DNA of 60,342 nucleotides from a virus (IMGVR_UViG_3300008262_000063:1-60342), one strand, 5' to 3'. Positions 10,259 through 20,946 are shown, counted from the stretch's first letter. Numbers and translations: made by a program. Notes: generated from the letters alone by a model not told the origin.

Positions 10259-13200
10259 ACCTGAAAATATATTAGTTGAATTTGATTACAATAACATTAC
10301 AGTTATAGATCCAAATAAAGTTGTTGATGAATTTGGGGTATCAAAAGAAAGATTAATCCGACATGAGGATTTGGTTATGTATGCAAACTTGGAATGTAGT
10401 TTATTACCAAGAACTAAGTTAGCTATCGGAGTTGCAAATAATGATGCAATTCAGACAATATCAATAGCTAGTATTAACTTTTTGAAACCTGGTGGAAAAC
10501 AGTATTTGGATAATTCTTATACTGATGAAATAACAGGTAAAGATACAATCAATGGTGAAGGTGTTAATCAACCTAAAGTTAATTCAATTAAAAATCCTAA
10601 TAAATCAAATGATTATTATACTAGACAAACTATTTTGTCAGGAGGAAAACCAGGACCTACGGACAATGGATTATTGGGTATTAAAAGTATTACAATTAGA
10701 CAGAATACTTCATTCACACCTCAAGTTAAAATAACATTGGAAGATGTTAAAGGTAGAGCTTTGTTTGAATCGGGAGATCAGTCCCCATATGCTGCCTTCT
10801 TCAACTTACCTTATCCAACATTTTATTTAACAATAAAAGGATATTTGGGAAAGGCTGTTAGGTTAGCGTTAATGTTAACTAAATTTGGAGCATCTTATGA
10901 TACAGGTAGTGGTAATTTTAAAATAGATTTGGATTTTGTAACATACAAATATACAATATTGGCTGAGGTTTCAATGGGACATCTGTTAGCCACTCCACAT
11001 ATGTATAAATCTAAATTAAGTATTCAAAGTACTAAAGGTGGTGGAAGTAATTTTACTGATGTGAGTGATGGTGTAGTTGAAAAAGGATATCAAAAAATAC
11101 AAGAGTTATATAGTGAGTATAAGTCGAAAGGTTTAATTCCTGATGATTTTCCTGAGTTAACAATTTTACAACTAAGAGATAGACTTGATTTTTTTATTAA
11201 AAACAAGTTGGAAACTTTCGCTAAACAAAATATGACCCCATTAACAAATTTGGAGACATATAGAACACAGTTATCGGATTATCAAGGTGAGGTATTTCTT
11301 TTTGAAGCGGGAAAAAGATCTTGGTTTAATACCTATATGGATAAAACTAATTTCTATGTGTTAGATGATAAAGTTACCAAAGTATATATTTTCAAAAAAG
11401 AATTTAGTTCATCGGTAGAAAGAGAAAAGGCGTTAACTAAACTTAACGGTATTATTAATGAATATAATAAAAAACTTAATGATAATAAAACTTGTGGAAC
11501 TGTTGCTAATTCTGGGTATGAAATTGGTGGAAAATTTACACCAGCGTCTATACCAAATAGAGTTACCGTTAATGTATTTAATGTTGACATTAAAGTTGAA
11601 GATGTTGACATAACCGAAACTTATATTAAAAGATCTGGAAAAGAACCAACAGAAACACAAAGATTAGGATTGGAGGCAGAACTTAAAAGTTCATTTAGAA
11701 GTGCGACTCAAATGAAATTACAAAATGGTGAATTACTAACTGATACCACTTTTTATATATTTGAGGGTGAAAATAGATTTATGGATTTAACTAAACAGAT
11801 GGAAACTGAAAGGTTAAAAATTAAAGAAACTGTTGAAACTGAAATCACGAATTTATTATCAGAATTGTTAAAAAACAACAATGATGGAGTTGGATTTGTA
11901 CCAAATCTTAGAAATGTACTTGCAGTTATATTTGCAAGTGGGGAAGCATTTATTCGATTAATGGATGATGTTCACACAAAAGCGTGGGAACAAAGAGATA
12001 ATGATATTAGAAAAAATGTTATCTTTAATAAAGAAGTTGCTGGAGCATCTCAAGATAACTTAAATTCGGGAAATAATTTTAATACACCAGTATATCCGTG
12101 GCCTCAAGTAATATTAGCGACGAATGGAGATAAGGGACAAGAGAAATATGAGATTAGATATCCCGGTGATAATTCATTAGTCAAGATTACAAAGGCGGAC
12201 AACTATGTGGCATGGCCGGAAGTTGAATTTGTTGAAGAATTTATAAAAGGTTTTGTTCAAAGAACTAACCCCAAAAAAGAACTAGGACCAACCCAGAACG
12301 AATTATATGATATCAAGAGGGTTACATTCAACGCCATTGAATTCCCTGTCACAAATCAGTTATTTAGTAATAAAGAAGAAGTAAAATATTTTTATGAATT
12401 ATATGAGAGATTAATATTCATTTCAAATTATTCAAAACTATCAAGAGCGTATTTGTCAAATTCTGTGGTTGGACAAATCACTGAGGTAATTGCTGAAACA
12501 GAAAAAATAAATATAGTTAATAGTTTATCTAATGATAATCCTTTTATAATACAAAAACTCAAAAACTATGGAATTAACTCAAGTAATATAACAACAATCT
12601 TGAAACAATTCTCTAATGGTGGAACAGGTATTAGCTGGCAAAATTATATTAGGGGTATATTCAATACCAAATATATTAAAAATATTATTGAAAACAGTCA
12701 ATTTGAATTTATAAGTCCTTCCATATTCAATAATAGATTGTCGCAACCTCAAGTTTCAATATCTGGTGAGGATAAACTTATAAATTACATTACAGGATCA
12801 ACTGATTCAAATAGTATTGATTATACTGATACATTCCCTTTTACTAATTTGGATTGGGTTAAATCAAACTTATCCGATGGAAGTTCAATTTCCGATATCA
12901 AATCAAGTTTTGATACTAGAAAGGTATTAAATTACAGTCAGAGTAGAAAAACAATTACAAACTTTTCTGATACCGCTGAAAAAAATAAAATCAAACCTTT
13001 TACTAATTTTTTAACACAAACACCTCAAGAACCACAACCTGTGGGACAGAATCAGGCGATTAATTTAAAAACTTTTTATGAGGGTAGAATAAATGAATAT
13101 AAGAATCAATTAGTTACTGAGGGAAATATAAGATATAGAAATTATAGTGGATTTGTAAATGCGGAACAGACAACCTCAATGTTGAATACTCCATATTTTA

Positions 13201-16200
13201 TAAATGCAATTCAGGATGGATTAAAAAAATTCAGAGAATATGATAAACATCCATTTGTATCTGCAGCTTATTTATTTTTAAATAGTCTCCCCCTATCAAC
13301 ATTAAGGGAAAAGTATAAATCATTAACTAATAATCAACCTGAAGATTTAGATTATATCTTTGCGTCACTTAAAAAGTTTGGCGCGGTACACAAAATGCCG
13401 TATGCTTGGATATTAAAAATGGGTTCGATATGGCATAGATATAAAAAATATGTTGAGAGTGGTGTTGATATTTTGGATAATTCTTGGAAAAACTTTGACA
13501 GTTTAACTAATTACGATCCAGGTACATCAGCCTTAACCAAAACATATTATTTAACTTATGAAGGTGCTAATATAGATATTATTTTGGAGGATATTAATGT
13601 TTTGGGTTCACAAACATCGGTTATAATTAACACCGGGTTTTACCCAAAATTAATTAATGATTTTAATATATTTTTACAAGGGTTTGAAATTATTAAAACT
13701 AATACCCAAGTTAATGGGGCGTGTTCGATTAACGGTACAACATTAACTGTTAATCAAATTAATGGGGGGTTATTACAAGTTGGTAATATACTTGCCGGAT
13801 TAAATTTAGAACCTAATACAACTATTGTTTCATTTTTAAATGGAGCGACTGGTGGAACGGGTGATTATCAAATTAATATTTCACAAACGGCAACAACCGC
13901 TTTATTTAGTGTTACTAATGTTCCTTTCGGAGGATTTACAAGTGCAAGTATCAATGATGCTTTTGCGTCTGGTTTAACTTTAAATTATGTTGGGGATTCA
14001 ATTATTGATTGGAGTAATACATTAGAGACAAAAAATATTAGGGTAATACCTTGGTCGATTACGGTTAATAGTGGGGATAATAAATTTGCTTATTTATTAC
14101 CATCACATGGTTCGTTATTAAATCAAGCTAAGTATGAAACATTCAAAAACAATGATTTAAAAATTGAACTAACAGGTAATACATCATTACATAATGGTTC
14201 TGTTAGATTATTTTGGACGGCGCCAAATTATGGTTATTATGATAATACTAAAGTTAGTAAACCATCTCCGACTGATTATATTAAAAAAATATTTTCAGAT
14301 AGAGTTAATCAGGAAAATTTCTCAATAAATGGTATATCGGCATATACCAAAATGGATGAAGTTTTATCTGTTTTTGAAAGATCGGTATTGGATGGTTTTG
14401 AGAAAGAGTTCTTAAAATTTTCGAGAACTGTATATGATATTGATGATACTATTGGTTCTTCGGTGGATCCATTACAAATAATGGAATTATCGTCTTCTGC
14501 AGATTTACAGAATCAAATAAATCAGAGTAGTGGAACGGTAAGTGAAAAAAATATTCGTAATTTCCAAGCATTTATGAGGGAAATGATGAAGCTACCTAAA
14601 TTAACTGGAAATACGGGAACTGAAATTGTTACAAAATATCAATCAAAACAGTTTGAAATATTCAACAGTTATATCAATCAATTTTTACAGTTTGATGTTT
14701 ATTTTAAATTTGGTAACCCATCAAATTATGATAGAAAACTATTCTATTCATTTTCAAATGTACCTGTTGTAGATGCTTACGAATGGGATAAATATACTAT
14801 AGTAACTCCTGACGCACTACCTACTAATGGTGGTGGAGTATCACTATTAACATCCAAAACAAATTATCCTGACGCATGGAGAACTTTGGAAACCTATGTT
14901 GGATTCTCAAATATACCTGAATTAAAATACGATAACAACGGTTCATATATTACAGATTTCTTTATTGATTTGAATGTTGCCTTCACCGAGTTTAATATTA
15001 AGCAATTTGCTAAAATTATTAAGATGTATGCAACTCAAAAGTTGAACAAATTTCAGTCGAACCCAATAAGTCCACCAACACCTATCCCAAGTACACCACC
15101 AAATATTGTTGCGATTGCGTTACTTAAAAATCTATATACTATATCAGTAGAACAAAGAGGACCTAAATATAGATCAATTTATAAAAGTCCTGAAGGTGTT
15201 TTATTGTTTGAAAGTGCTTTTACTTTTTATACTATAGTTGGTACAACACCTACTGATATTAAACAAAAATTAATAGATGAGGTTATTATCGGTGCTTACG
15301 GTAGTACAACAACTAATCCGAATGATCCACAGTATATTGTGAGATTAGAAGAAATTGATCCACCAACTTACGATCCGATACCAAGTCCACTTAACAAAAA
15401 TGGTATTAATGCGTTCTTTAATGGTATGACAACATTTTTAAATGGGGTTGAAGATTTTCAAGGTAAGATTATAAATGTGTTAATACCTAAATTACAGAAA
15501 GATTTACCTGATGTTAATAATACTATAGAACCTGCAAAGGCTAATGAATTAAATGGAGAACCACAACCTAAAGTTGAACTATGGGAATCATTTAAAGCTT
15601 TAAATGATAAATGGATTGCAGGTAACGATTTTAAAAACAAGACATTATTCGAGGACGTTCTTTTATTAGATAGAGCCAGTAGAAATATTGGTGATAAAGT
15701 TTTAATAGATATTTTTAAATTAAAAGAAACCTTAAATACCATAGCACCAAAAGTTAACATGTTGTCATTTGTTCAGACAATAATCGTTGAAAATAATTTT
15801 GTTGTTATGAATATCCCATCGTATATTAATTTCTATAATGTACAAGAAGCAACTAAAAATCCTAAACCCAAAGTTGAAGGTAGTGCGGATTTTGCAAACA
15901 CACTATTCGGTACATTTTTGAATGTAGATTATAGAGATTCCACCGCAAAAATGGTTTGTTTTTATGGTGGTAAACCGAGTGAACAATTGGATATTAAAAA
16001 TGTTGATTATAGATTTAGAAATGACGCTTTTGATTTGAGAAGAGCCAGTGACAATCCATTAATTGAAGATTTAACAGGAAAAAAAGATTGGGATAAATCA
16101 AACAAAGTTGTTGGATTTAATGTTGATATTGGACCTCAAAATCAAGGGGTATTTAAAACATTTAGTGTTGGACAAAACTCAGGTTTGGCGACTGCGGAGT

Positions 16201-17234
16201 CGTTAGAAATATTAAATCAAATGGCTAATCAAGGTGGTAACCGTGGAGGGACAACTCAAAACATTTCTTTATATAATTTATATAAAAATAGAAGTTATTC
16301 ATGTTCGGTTAGTATGTTGGGTAATGCTTTGATACAACCAACGATGTACTTTAACCTTAGAAATGTCCCGATGTTTAGTGGACCTTATATGATATTGGAA
16401 GTAAATCACCAAATATCTTCAGGAGAATTTTCAACGGACATTAGAGGAATTCGACAACCAACAGCATCATTACCAAAAATTGATAATTATCTACAATCAC
16501 TTAAGACAAATTTAATTAGTAAAATCAATGAAGTAATTACACAAGAAAAAGATGCGGATACTGCTAAGAATCCAACTAATATTGCGGGACTATCAAGTCA
16601 GGCTCAAACTTTATTGGCGACTAATTCTAATACAATTAATAGTAATCAGACATGTACACCAACGATAACTAGGTACGAAAGATTTACAAATGAATCACCA
16701 AAAAGAAATGAAATAACTGCATTAGATGCTAGAAATATAATTTCTGAAATTATTTTTGTTAATGTAACAGAACAAAATAAAGAGAAAAAATTAATATTGG
16801 CGATTAGTATTTTTGCAAAAATATATATTGGTAGTAGAAGTTCACAATCCTCAAAATTCCAAGCCTATGGTTATAATTTTATGGGGTTAGATTTGAAAGC
16901 TGATTGGGGTGAATTATCACCATATACTGACAATAAATTTTTCTGTTCTAATAATAATACTCCTTATCTTATTTTTGGAAGTTTTAATAAGAATATTGAT
17001 TTCTTAAAAGCAAGATGGGAACCTAGAATGTTGAATAATACCCAAGTTCCAGCAGGACAAGGAACACAAATAGCTATAGATTTTATTACTAAGTTTGTTG
17101 TTGAAAATGGATTTAATAATATTAATGAGGGTGTTGCGTTCTACAATAAAATAAAACAAGATGGAACATTATCAGATTACACTAAAGTTGTTAGTGAAGC
17201 ATTTGTTTTATGGGATTCAATGAGAAATCGATAA
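10248..17234 (+). CDS. Giant baseplate hub protein (gpD/gp27-like), 2328 aa
   Basis: N-terminal 'GIKSITI...PQVKITLEDVKGRALF...FFNLPYPTFYLTIKGY' and late 'YSCSVSMLGNALIQPTMYFNL...FSGPYMILEVNHQISSGEFSTDIRGIR' hub motifs. Overlaps the LysM gene. Confidence 0.7.
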   Translation: MVSRPENILVEFDYNNITVIDPNKVVDEFGVSKERLIRHEDLVMYANLECSLLPRTKLAIGVANNDAIQTISIASINFLKPGGKQYLDNSYTDEITGKDTINGEGVNQPKVNSIKNPNKSNDYYTRQTILSGGKPGPTDNGLLGIKSITIRQNTSFTPQVKITLEDVKGRALFESGDQSPYAAFFNLPYPTFYLTIKGYLGKAVRLALMLTKFGASYDTGSGNFKIDLDFVTYKYTILAEVSMGHLLATPHMYKSKLSIQSTKGGGSNFTDVSDGVVEKGYQKIQELYSEYKSKGLIPDDFPELTILQLRDRLDFFIKNKLETFAKQNMTPLTNLETYRTQLSDYQGEVFLFEAGKRSWFNTYMDKTNFYVLDDKVTKVYIFKKEFSSSVEREKALTKLNGIINEYNKKLNDNKTCGTVANSGYEIGGKFTPASIPNRVTVNVFNVDIKVEDVDITETYIKRSGKEPTETQRLGLEAELKSSFRSATQMKLQNGELLTDTTFYIFEGENRFMDLTKQMETERLKIKETVETEITNLLSELLKNNNDGVGFVPNLRNVLAVIFASGEAFIRLMDDVHTKAWEQRDNDIRKNVIFNKEVAGASQDNLNSGNNFNTPVYPWPQVILATNGDKGQEKYEIRYPGDNSLVKITKADNYVAWPEVEFVEEFIKGFVQRTNPKKELGPTQNELYDIKRVTFNAIEFPVTNQLFSNKEEVKYFYELYERLIFISNYSKLSRAYLSNSVVGQITEVIAETEKINIVNSLSNDNPFIIQKLKNYGINSSNITTILKQFSNGGTGISWQNYIRGIFNTKYIKNIIENSQFEFISPSIFNNRLSQPQVSISGEDKLINYITGSTDSNSIDYTDTFPFTNLDWVKSNLSDGSSISDIKSSFDTRKVLNYSQSRKTITNFSDTAEKNKIKPFTNFLTQTPQEPQPVGQNQAINLKTFYEGRINEYKNQLVTEGNIRYRNYSGFVNAEQTTSMLNTPYFINAIQDGLKKFREYDKHPFVSAAYLFLNSLPLSTLREKYKSLTNNQPEDLDYIFASLKKFGAVHKMPYAWILKMGSIWHRYKKYVESGVDILDNSWKNFDSLTNYDPGTSALTKTYYLTYEGANIDIILEDINVLGSQTSVIINTGFYPKLINDFNIFLQGFEIIKTNTQVNGACSINGTTLTVNQINGGLLQVGNILAGLNLEPNTTIVSFLNGATGGTGDYQINISQTATTALFSVTNVPFGGFTSASINDAFASGLTLNYVGDSIIDWSNTLETKNIRVIPWSITVNSGDNKFAYLLPSHGSLLNQAKYETFKNNDLKIELTGNTSLHNGSVRLFWTAPNYGYYDNTKVSKPSPTDYIKKIFSDRVNQENFSINGISAYTKMDEVLSVFERSVLDGFEKEFLKFSRTVYDIDDTIGSSVDPLQIMELSSSADLQNQINQSSGTVSEKNIRNFQAFMREMMKLPKLTGNTGTEIVTKYQSKQFEIFNSYINQFLQFDVYFKFGNPSNYDRKLFYSFSNVPVVDAYEWDKYTIVTPDALPTNGGGVSLLTSKTNYPDAWRTLETYVGFSNIPELKYDNNGSYITDFFIDLNVAFTEFNIKQFAKIIKMYATQKLNKFQSNPISPPTPIPSTPPNIVAIALLKNLYTISVEQRGPKYRSIYKSPEGVLLFESAFTFYTIVGTTPTDIKQKLIDEVIIGAYGSTTTNPNDPQYIVRLEEIDPPTYDPIPSPLNKNGINAFFNGMTTFLNGVEDFQGKIINVLIPKLQKDLPDVNNTIEPAKANELNGEPQPKVELWESFKALNDKWIAGNDFKNKTLFEDVLLLDRASRNIGDKVLIDIFKLKETLNTIAPKVNMLSFVQTIIVENNFVVMNIPSYINFYNVQEATKNPKPKVEGSADFANTLFGTFLNVDYRDSTAKMVCFYGGKPSEQLDIKNVDYRFRNDAFDLRRASDNPLIEDLTGKKDWDKSNKVVGFNVDIGPQNQGVFKTFSVGQNSGLATAESLEILNQMANQGGNRGGTTQNISLYNLYKNRSYSCSVSMLGNALIQPTMYFNLRNVPMFSGPYMILEVNHQISSGEFSTDIRGIRQPTASLPKIDNYLQSLKTNLISKINEVITQEKDADTAKNPTNIAGLSSQAQTLLATNSNTINSNQTCTPTITRYERFTNESPKRNEITALDARNIISEIIFVNVTEQNKEKKLILAISIFAKIYIGSRSSQSSKFQAYGYNFMGLDLKADWGELSPYTDNKFFCSNNNTPYLIFGSFNKNIDFLKARWEPRMLNNTQVPAGQGTQIAIDFITKFVVENGFNNINEGVAFYNKIKQDGTLSDYTKVVSEAFVLWDSMRNR

Positions 17235-17276
17235 TTTTTTTTAATAAACCAATATATTTATATTAAAATAAAAACT

Positions 17277-17501
17277 ATGAGCGTAAAATTAATTTTAGAT
17301 AGTTACTTAGGTAAAAATACACGTCATTCTGAAAAAGATATGGGCGATGGAACTAAACAAGTTTGTGACTTGGACACCGGAGAGTGTTACACTGTTAGAA
17401 TGAAAGATGGTTTAATTGAAAGAGTTGATAACACTTTGAAAACTAACAGAAAAATTCAAGTTGAAACCACAACAGGTATAAAACAATTATTAAACGGATA
17501 A
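17277..17501 (+). CDS. Small hypothetical protein (74 aa, CDLDTGEC motif)
   Basis: Clean ORF preceded by TATTTATA (17255-17262) and an AAAACT-ATG leader. Confidence 0.7.
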   Translation: MSVKLILDSYLGKNTRHSEKDMGDGTKQVCDLDTGECYTVRMKDGLIERVDNTLKTNRKIQVETTTGIKQLLNG

Positions 17502-17508
17502 CCCAAAA

Positions 17509-18195
17509 ATGAGAGTTGATTTAAAAATTATTGAAGAAATCAAAAGACATAATCAGATTACTAGATATATCAATGAACAGGAATTACCACCTCCTCCACC
17601 ACCAGGTGATGCAGGGGAATTACCTCCTCCACCTCCAGGTGACGCAGGTGCTCCACCCCCTCCTCCTGCACCTGGTGTAGGTGCTCCACCACCAGCCGCT
17701 CCACCACAACCTGTTGATGTTGCTGCGGATCCTGATGTGGAAAAAATTGGGGATGAAAAGGAAAAGGAAAACAAAGAAGAAATTAAAGTAACTGATTTAG
17801 TTAAAAGTCAAAAATCTGTTGAAGATAAACAAGAAGAATATTTTGAAACATTATTCAACCACCTCAACGATTTGGAACAAAAACTTGGGACTATGGATGA
17901 CATAATTAACAAGTTAAATACACTAGAGACTAAGATAGAAAAATATAGAACAAAAAGTCCTGAAGAAAAAATGGAATTAAGAACATTGGATTCAGGACCA
18001 TTCAATCAGAAATTGAGTCAATTCTTTGAAGATAAAGAAGAAGACTTTGAAAAATCTGGAAAAGAACAATATATTATAACTCCTGACGATGTTGAAGGTT
18101 ACTCACCAAATGAAATCAAAAGAAGTTTTAGAGACTTCGGAGATACGGAAATGACACCTGAAAACGACATGAGCGGATTCAAGAAAATATATTAG
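17509..18195 (+). CDS. Polyproline / acidic coiled-coil protein, function unknown
   Basis: ELPPPPPPGDAG-type repeats followed by a heptad coiled coil (LNDLEQKLGTMDDIINKLNTLETKIEK). Confidence 0.75.
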   Translation: MRVDLKIIEEIKRHNQITRYINEQELPPPPPPGDAGELPPPPPGDAGAPPPPPAPGVGAPPPAAPPQPVDVAADPDVEKIGDEKEKENKEEIKVTDLVKSQKSVEDKQEEYFETLFNHLNDLEQKLGTMDDIINKLNTLETKIEKYRTKSPEEKMELRTLDSGPFNQKLSQFFEDKEEDFEKSGKEQYIITPDDVEGYSPNEIKRSFRDFGDTEMTPENDMSGFKKIY

Positions 18196-18202
18196 TACTT
18201 TA

Positions 18203-18234
18203 TTTGACAAACCCACGGCTGACACTTACTATTG
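18203..18234 (+). promoter_or_regulatory. Host-type (early) promoter upstream of ssb
   Basis: TTGACA(18204-09)-N17-TACTAT(18227-32). It can also be read as Bacteroidota TTTG-N20-TActATTG (one mismatch to TAnnTTTG). Confidence 0.6.
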
Positions 18235-18269
18235 TGTATAATATTTCTTAACTTAAAATTTATTAAAAC

Positions 18270-19118
18270 ATGGCGACAAATCCATTAGATGCTATTTTAG
18301 CACAGTACGAACAATCACAAAAATCTGGTAGTAATACCAACAAAATGTCTCAAGATGAAAGAATGAAGAAATACTTCGCAGCTCTTCTTAAAGACAATGA
18401 AAAACAAGGACAAAAAAGACTTAGAATTCTACCAACTAATGATGGAAGTTCCCCCTTTAAAGAGGTGTGGTTTCACGAAATCCAAGTTGATGGTAAATGG
18501 CAAAAATTCTACGATCCAGGTAAGAACTCTAATGAACGTTCACCTTTGAGTGAAGTTTATGAAGAACTTATGGCGACTGGAAGAGAATCCGATAAAGAAC
18601 TCGCAAAACAATATAAACCAAGAAAATTTTACATCGTTAAGGTTATTGATCGTGATAACGAACAAGACGGTGTAAAATTTTGGAGGTTCAAACACAACTA
18701 CAAGAACGAGGGTATATTGGACAAAATAATTCCAATCTTCCGAGCTAAAGGTGATGTTACCGATTCTCAAAAAGGTAGAGACATTATCCTTGAAATGACT
18801 AAAGCAAAAACTCCAAAAGGTGGATTCTATACAATTATACAAACTGTTATGTATGATGATCCATCACCTCTACATGATAATGATGAAACATCAAAATCAT
18901 GGATTAATGATGAATTAACTTGGGAAGATGTTTATTCTAAAAAACCTGTAGAATATTTGGAAGCAATTGCAAAAGGTGAAACGCCAAAATGGGATAGTGA
19001 AAAAGGTGGTTATACTTACGGTGATTCATCAACTGGTGAAGTTTCTATTGGTGGTAAATCAACAACCTATAGTGACCCTCAAGAAGATTTTGATGCTGAC
19101 GGAGACCTTCCATTTTAA
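18270..19118 (+). CDS. ssb: Single-stranded DNA-binding protein (T4 gp32-like)
   Basis: 'RLRILP...PFKEVWFH...PRKFYIVKVIDRD...GVKFWRF...GRDIIL' and an acidic tail ending DGDLPF. Confidence 0.85.
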   Translation: MATNPLDAILAQYEQSQKSGSNTNKMSQDERMKKYFAALLKDNEKQGQKRLRILPTNDGSSPFKEVWFHEIQVDGKWQKFYDPGKNSNERSPLSEVYEELMATGRESDKELAKQYKPRKFYIVKVIDRDNEQDGVKFWRFKHNYKNEGILDKIIPIFRAKGDVTDSQKGRDIILEMTKAKTPKGGFYTIIQTVMYDDPSPLHDNDETSKSWINDELTWEDVYSKKPVEYLEAIAKGETPKWDSEKGGYTYGDSSTGEVSIGGKSTTYSDPQEDFDADGDLPF

Positions 19119-19135
19119 AAATATTTTCTAATCTC

Positions 19136-19166
19136 GAACCCCATTTAATAGGTGGGGTTCATTTTT
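19136..19166 (+). terminator. Intrinsic terminator after ssb
   Basis: GAACCCCATT-TAATA-GGTGGGGTTC stem followed by ATTTTT. Confidence 0.8.
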
Positions 19167-19186
19167 AAATTCACTAAAAATTTTAA

Positions 19187-19951
19187 ATGAATCACCCTTT
19201 CATTTCATGTAAATGTATAACTTATGGTAGAGTAAGTTTGTTAGAGGAAAGTTTATACTCTTTTTTAAATCAAAACTATGATGGAAAAAAAGAAATGATT
19301 ATAGTTAATGACTACCCATTACAAACATTAAAATTCGATCACCCTGACGTTAAGATTTATAATCTGAGTGAAACATTTCAAACTATTGGTGAAAAAGAAA
19401 ATTATGCAGTTTCGTTATGTTCTGGTGAAATTATTGCGGTTTGGGATGATGACGATATTGCATTACCAAATCACCTATCAAACGTTTCAAAATATTTTAT
19501 TAAAGATACCGATTTACTTCATTGGCAAAAAGGAGTATTTTATAACGAACCAAATATTACTGCAATAACAAGTTTGGGAAATTCGGGTATTGTATATAGT
19601 AAACAAATTTGGGAGAAGGTAGGTAAACACCCAATAGAGAATGCCGGATATGATGCAACATTTGTTCATAACATTATGAGAATGTCTAACAAAATTGTTA
19701 AAGCGTCACCACCTGACAATGAAGTATCGTGGTTTTACATGTGGGGAGGAAGAGATTATCATATGAGTGGGATGGGAACTGATTCACCAGAAAGACCTAA
19801 TGTCATTGTAAGACATTCACAATATATTGAAAATGAAAGAAGGAAAGGTAAAATACCAACAGGTGAAATAGAATTAAAACCAAAATGGAAAAAAGATTAT
19901 CAAAAATTATTAAACGATTATAACAATGGCAATAAAGAAAAAAGAAATTAG
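19187..19951 (+). CDS. Glycosyltransferase family 2 (GT-A)
   Basis: 'ISCKCITYGR...SFLNQNY...IIVND...IGEKEN...GEIIAVWDDDD' is the GT2 N-terminal signature. Confidence 0.85.
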   Translation: MNHPFISCKCITYGRVSLLEESLYSFLNQNYDGKKEMIIVNDYPLQTLKFDHPDVKIYNLSETFQTIGEKENYAVSLCSGEIIAVWDDDDIALPNHLSNVSKYFIKDTDLLHWQKGVFYNEPNITAITSLGNSGIVYSKQIWEKVGKHPIENAGYDATFVHNIMRMSNKIVKASPPDNEVSWFYMWGGRDYHMSGMGTDSPERPNVIVRHSQYIENERRKGKIPTGEIELKPKWKKDYQKLLNDYNNGNKEKRN

Positions 19952-20927
19952 TTTGGATTCTATTAAGTCCAAATTTTCAACAAAAACAAAATATAAGACG
20001 GAAAGTTTCTACAATTGTGGAGAATCGTTCATGGATGCTTGTGGATTACCAGGACCTGTTATGGGTGGGATTAACATCTTTTTAGGGCATACGAATACTT
20101 CGAAAACTACTGCAATGATTTTAGCTGCGGCTGATGCACAAAAAAGAGGACATCTTCCTGTGTTTATTATTACCGAAAAAAAGTGGAATTGGCCACACGC
20201 AGTTGAATTAGGATTAGAAGCTGAACAAACAGAAGATGGAACATGGGATGGGGACTTTATATTCAACGATAGTTTTGATTATATTGAACAAGCTACTGAA
20301 TATATAAATAATTTGTTAGACGCTCAAGAAAAAGGTGAGTTACCTTATAACTTACTTATTTTATGGGATAGTGTTGGTTCATTACCATGTCAAATGACTT
20401 TTGAAGGTAAAGGTGGAAAAATGCACAATGCGGCGGCTTTAGCTGATAAGGTTGGAATGGGTATTCATTCAAGAATTACGAAATCAAAGAAAGAAGATTA
20501 TCCGTATTATAATACTATGGTTGTAATCAACCAACCTTGGGTTCAATTACCCTCAAATCCTTTTGGACAACCAAAAATTAAAGCTAAAGGTGGTGAAGCT
20601 TTATGGCTAGCAGCATCATTAGTATTTCTTTTTGGTAATGAAGTGGATAATGGTATTAACCACATTACAGCAACGAAAAATGGAAGAACAGTTTCTTACG
20701 CTGTTAGAACTAAAATTTCTATACTTAAAAATCATGTAAATGGTATTGCTTACAAAGATGGTAAAATCATAGCAGTACCACAAGGTTATATATCCGATAC
20801 AAAGGAAGCGTTGGAGAAATACAAAAAAGAATATTCACAATATTGGAACGCAATATTGAGTGGAACTGGTGAGATTACTTTAGATGAGACTGTATCTGAA
20901 ATCAATGATATTTCTTATGAAGATTAA
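19926..20927 (+). CDS. recA: RecA/UvsX-like recombinase
   Basis: Walker A variant GHTNTSKT, Walker B ILWDS, 'VINQ', 'GGEALWLAAS' and 'ILKNH'. Confidence 0.85.
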   Translation: MAIKKKEISLDSIKSKFSTKTKYKTESFYNCGESFMDACGLPGPVMGGINIFLGHTNTSKTTAMILAAADAQKRGHLPVFIITEKKWNWPHAVELGLEAEQTEDGTWDGDFIFNDSFDYIEQATEYINNLLDAQEKGELPYNLLILWDSVGSLPCQMTFEGKGGKMHNAAALADKVGMGIHSRITKSKKEDYPYYNTMVVINQPWVQLPSNPFGQPKIKAKGGEALWLAASLVFLFGNEVDNGINHITATKNGRTVSYAVRTKISILKNHVNGIAYKDGKIIAVPQGYISDTKEALEKYKKEYSQYWNAILSGTGEITLDETVSEINDISYED

Positions 20928-20938
20928 AAAATTTATAT

Positions 20939-20946
20939 TACATTTG
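20939..20946 (+). promoter_or_regulatory. Bacteroidota -7 element (TAnnTTTG) upstream of dam
   Basis: Exact TACATTTG ending 14 nt before ATG 20961. No clear -33 element. Confidence 0.45.
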
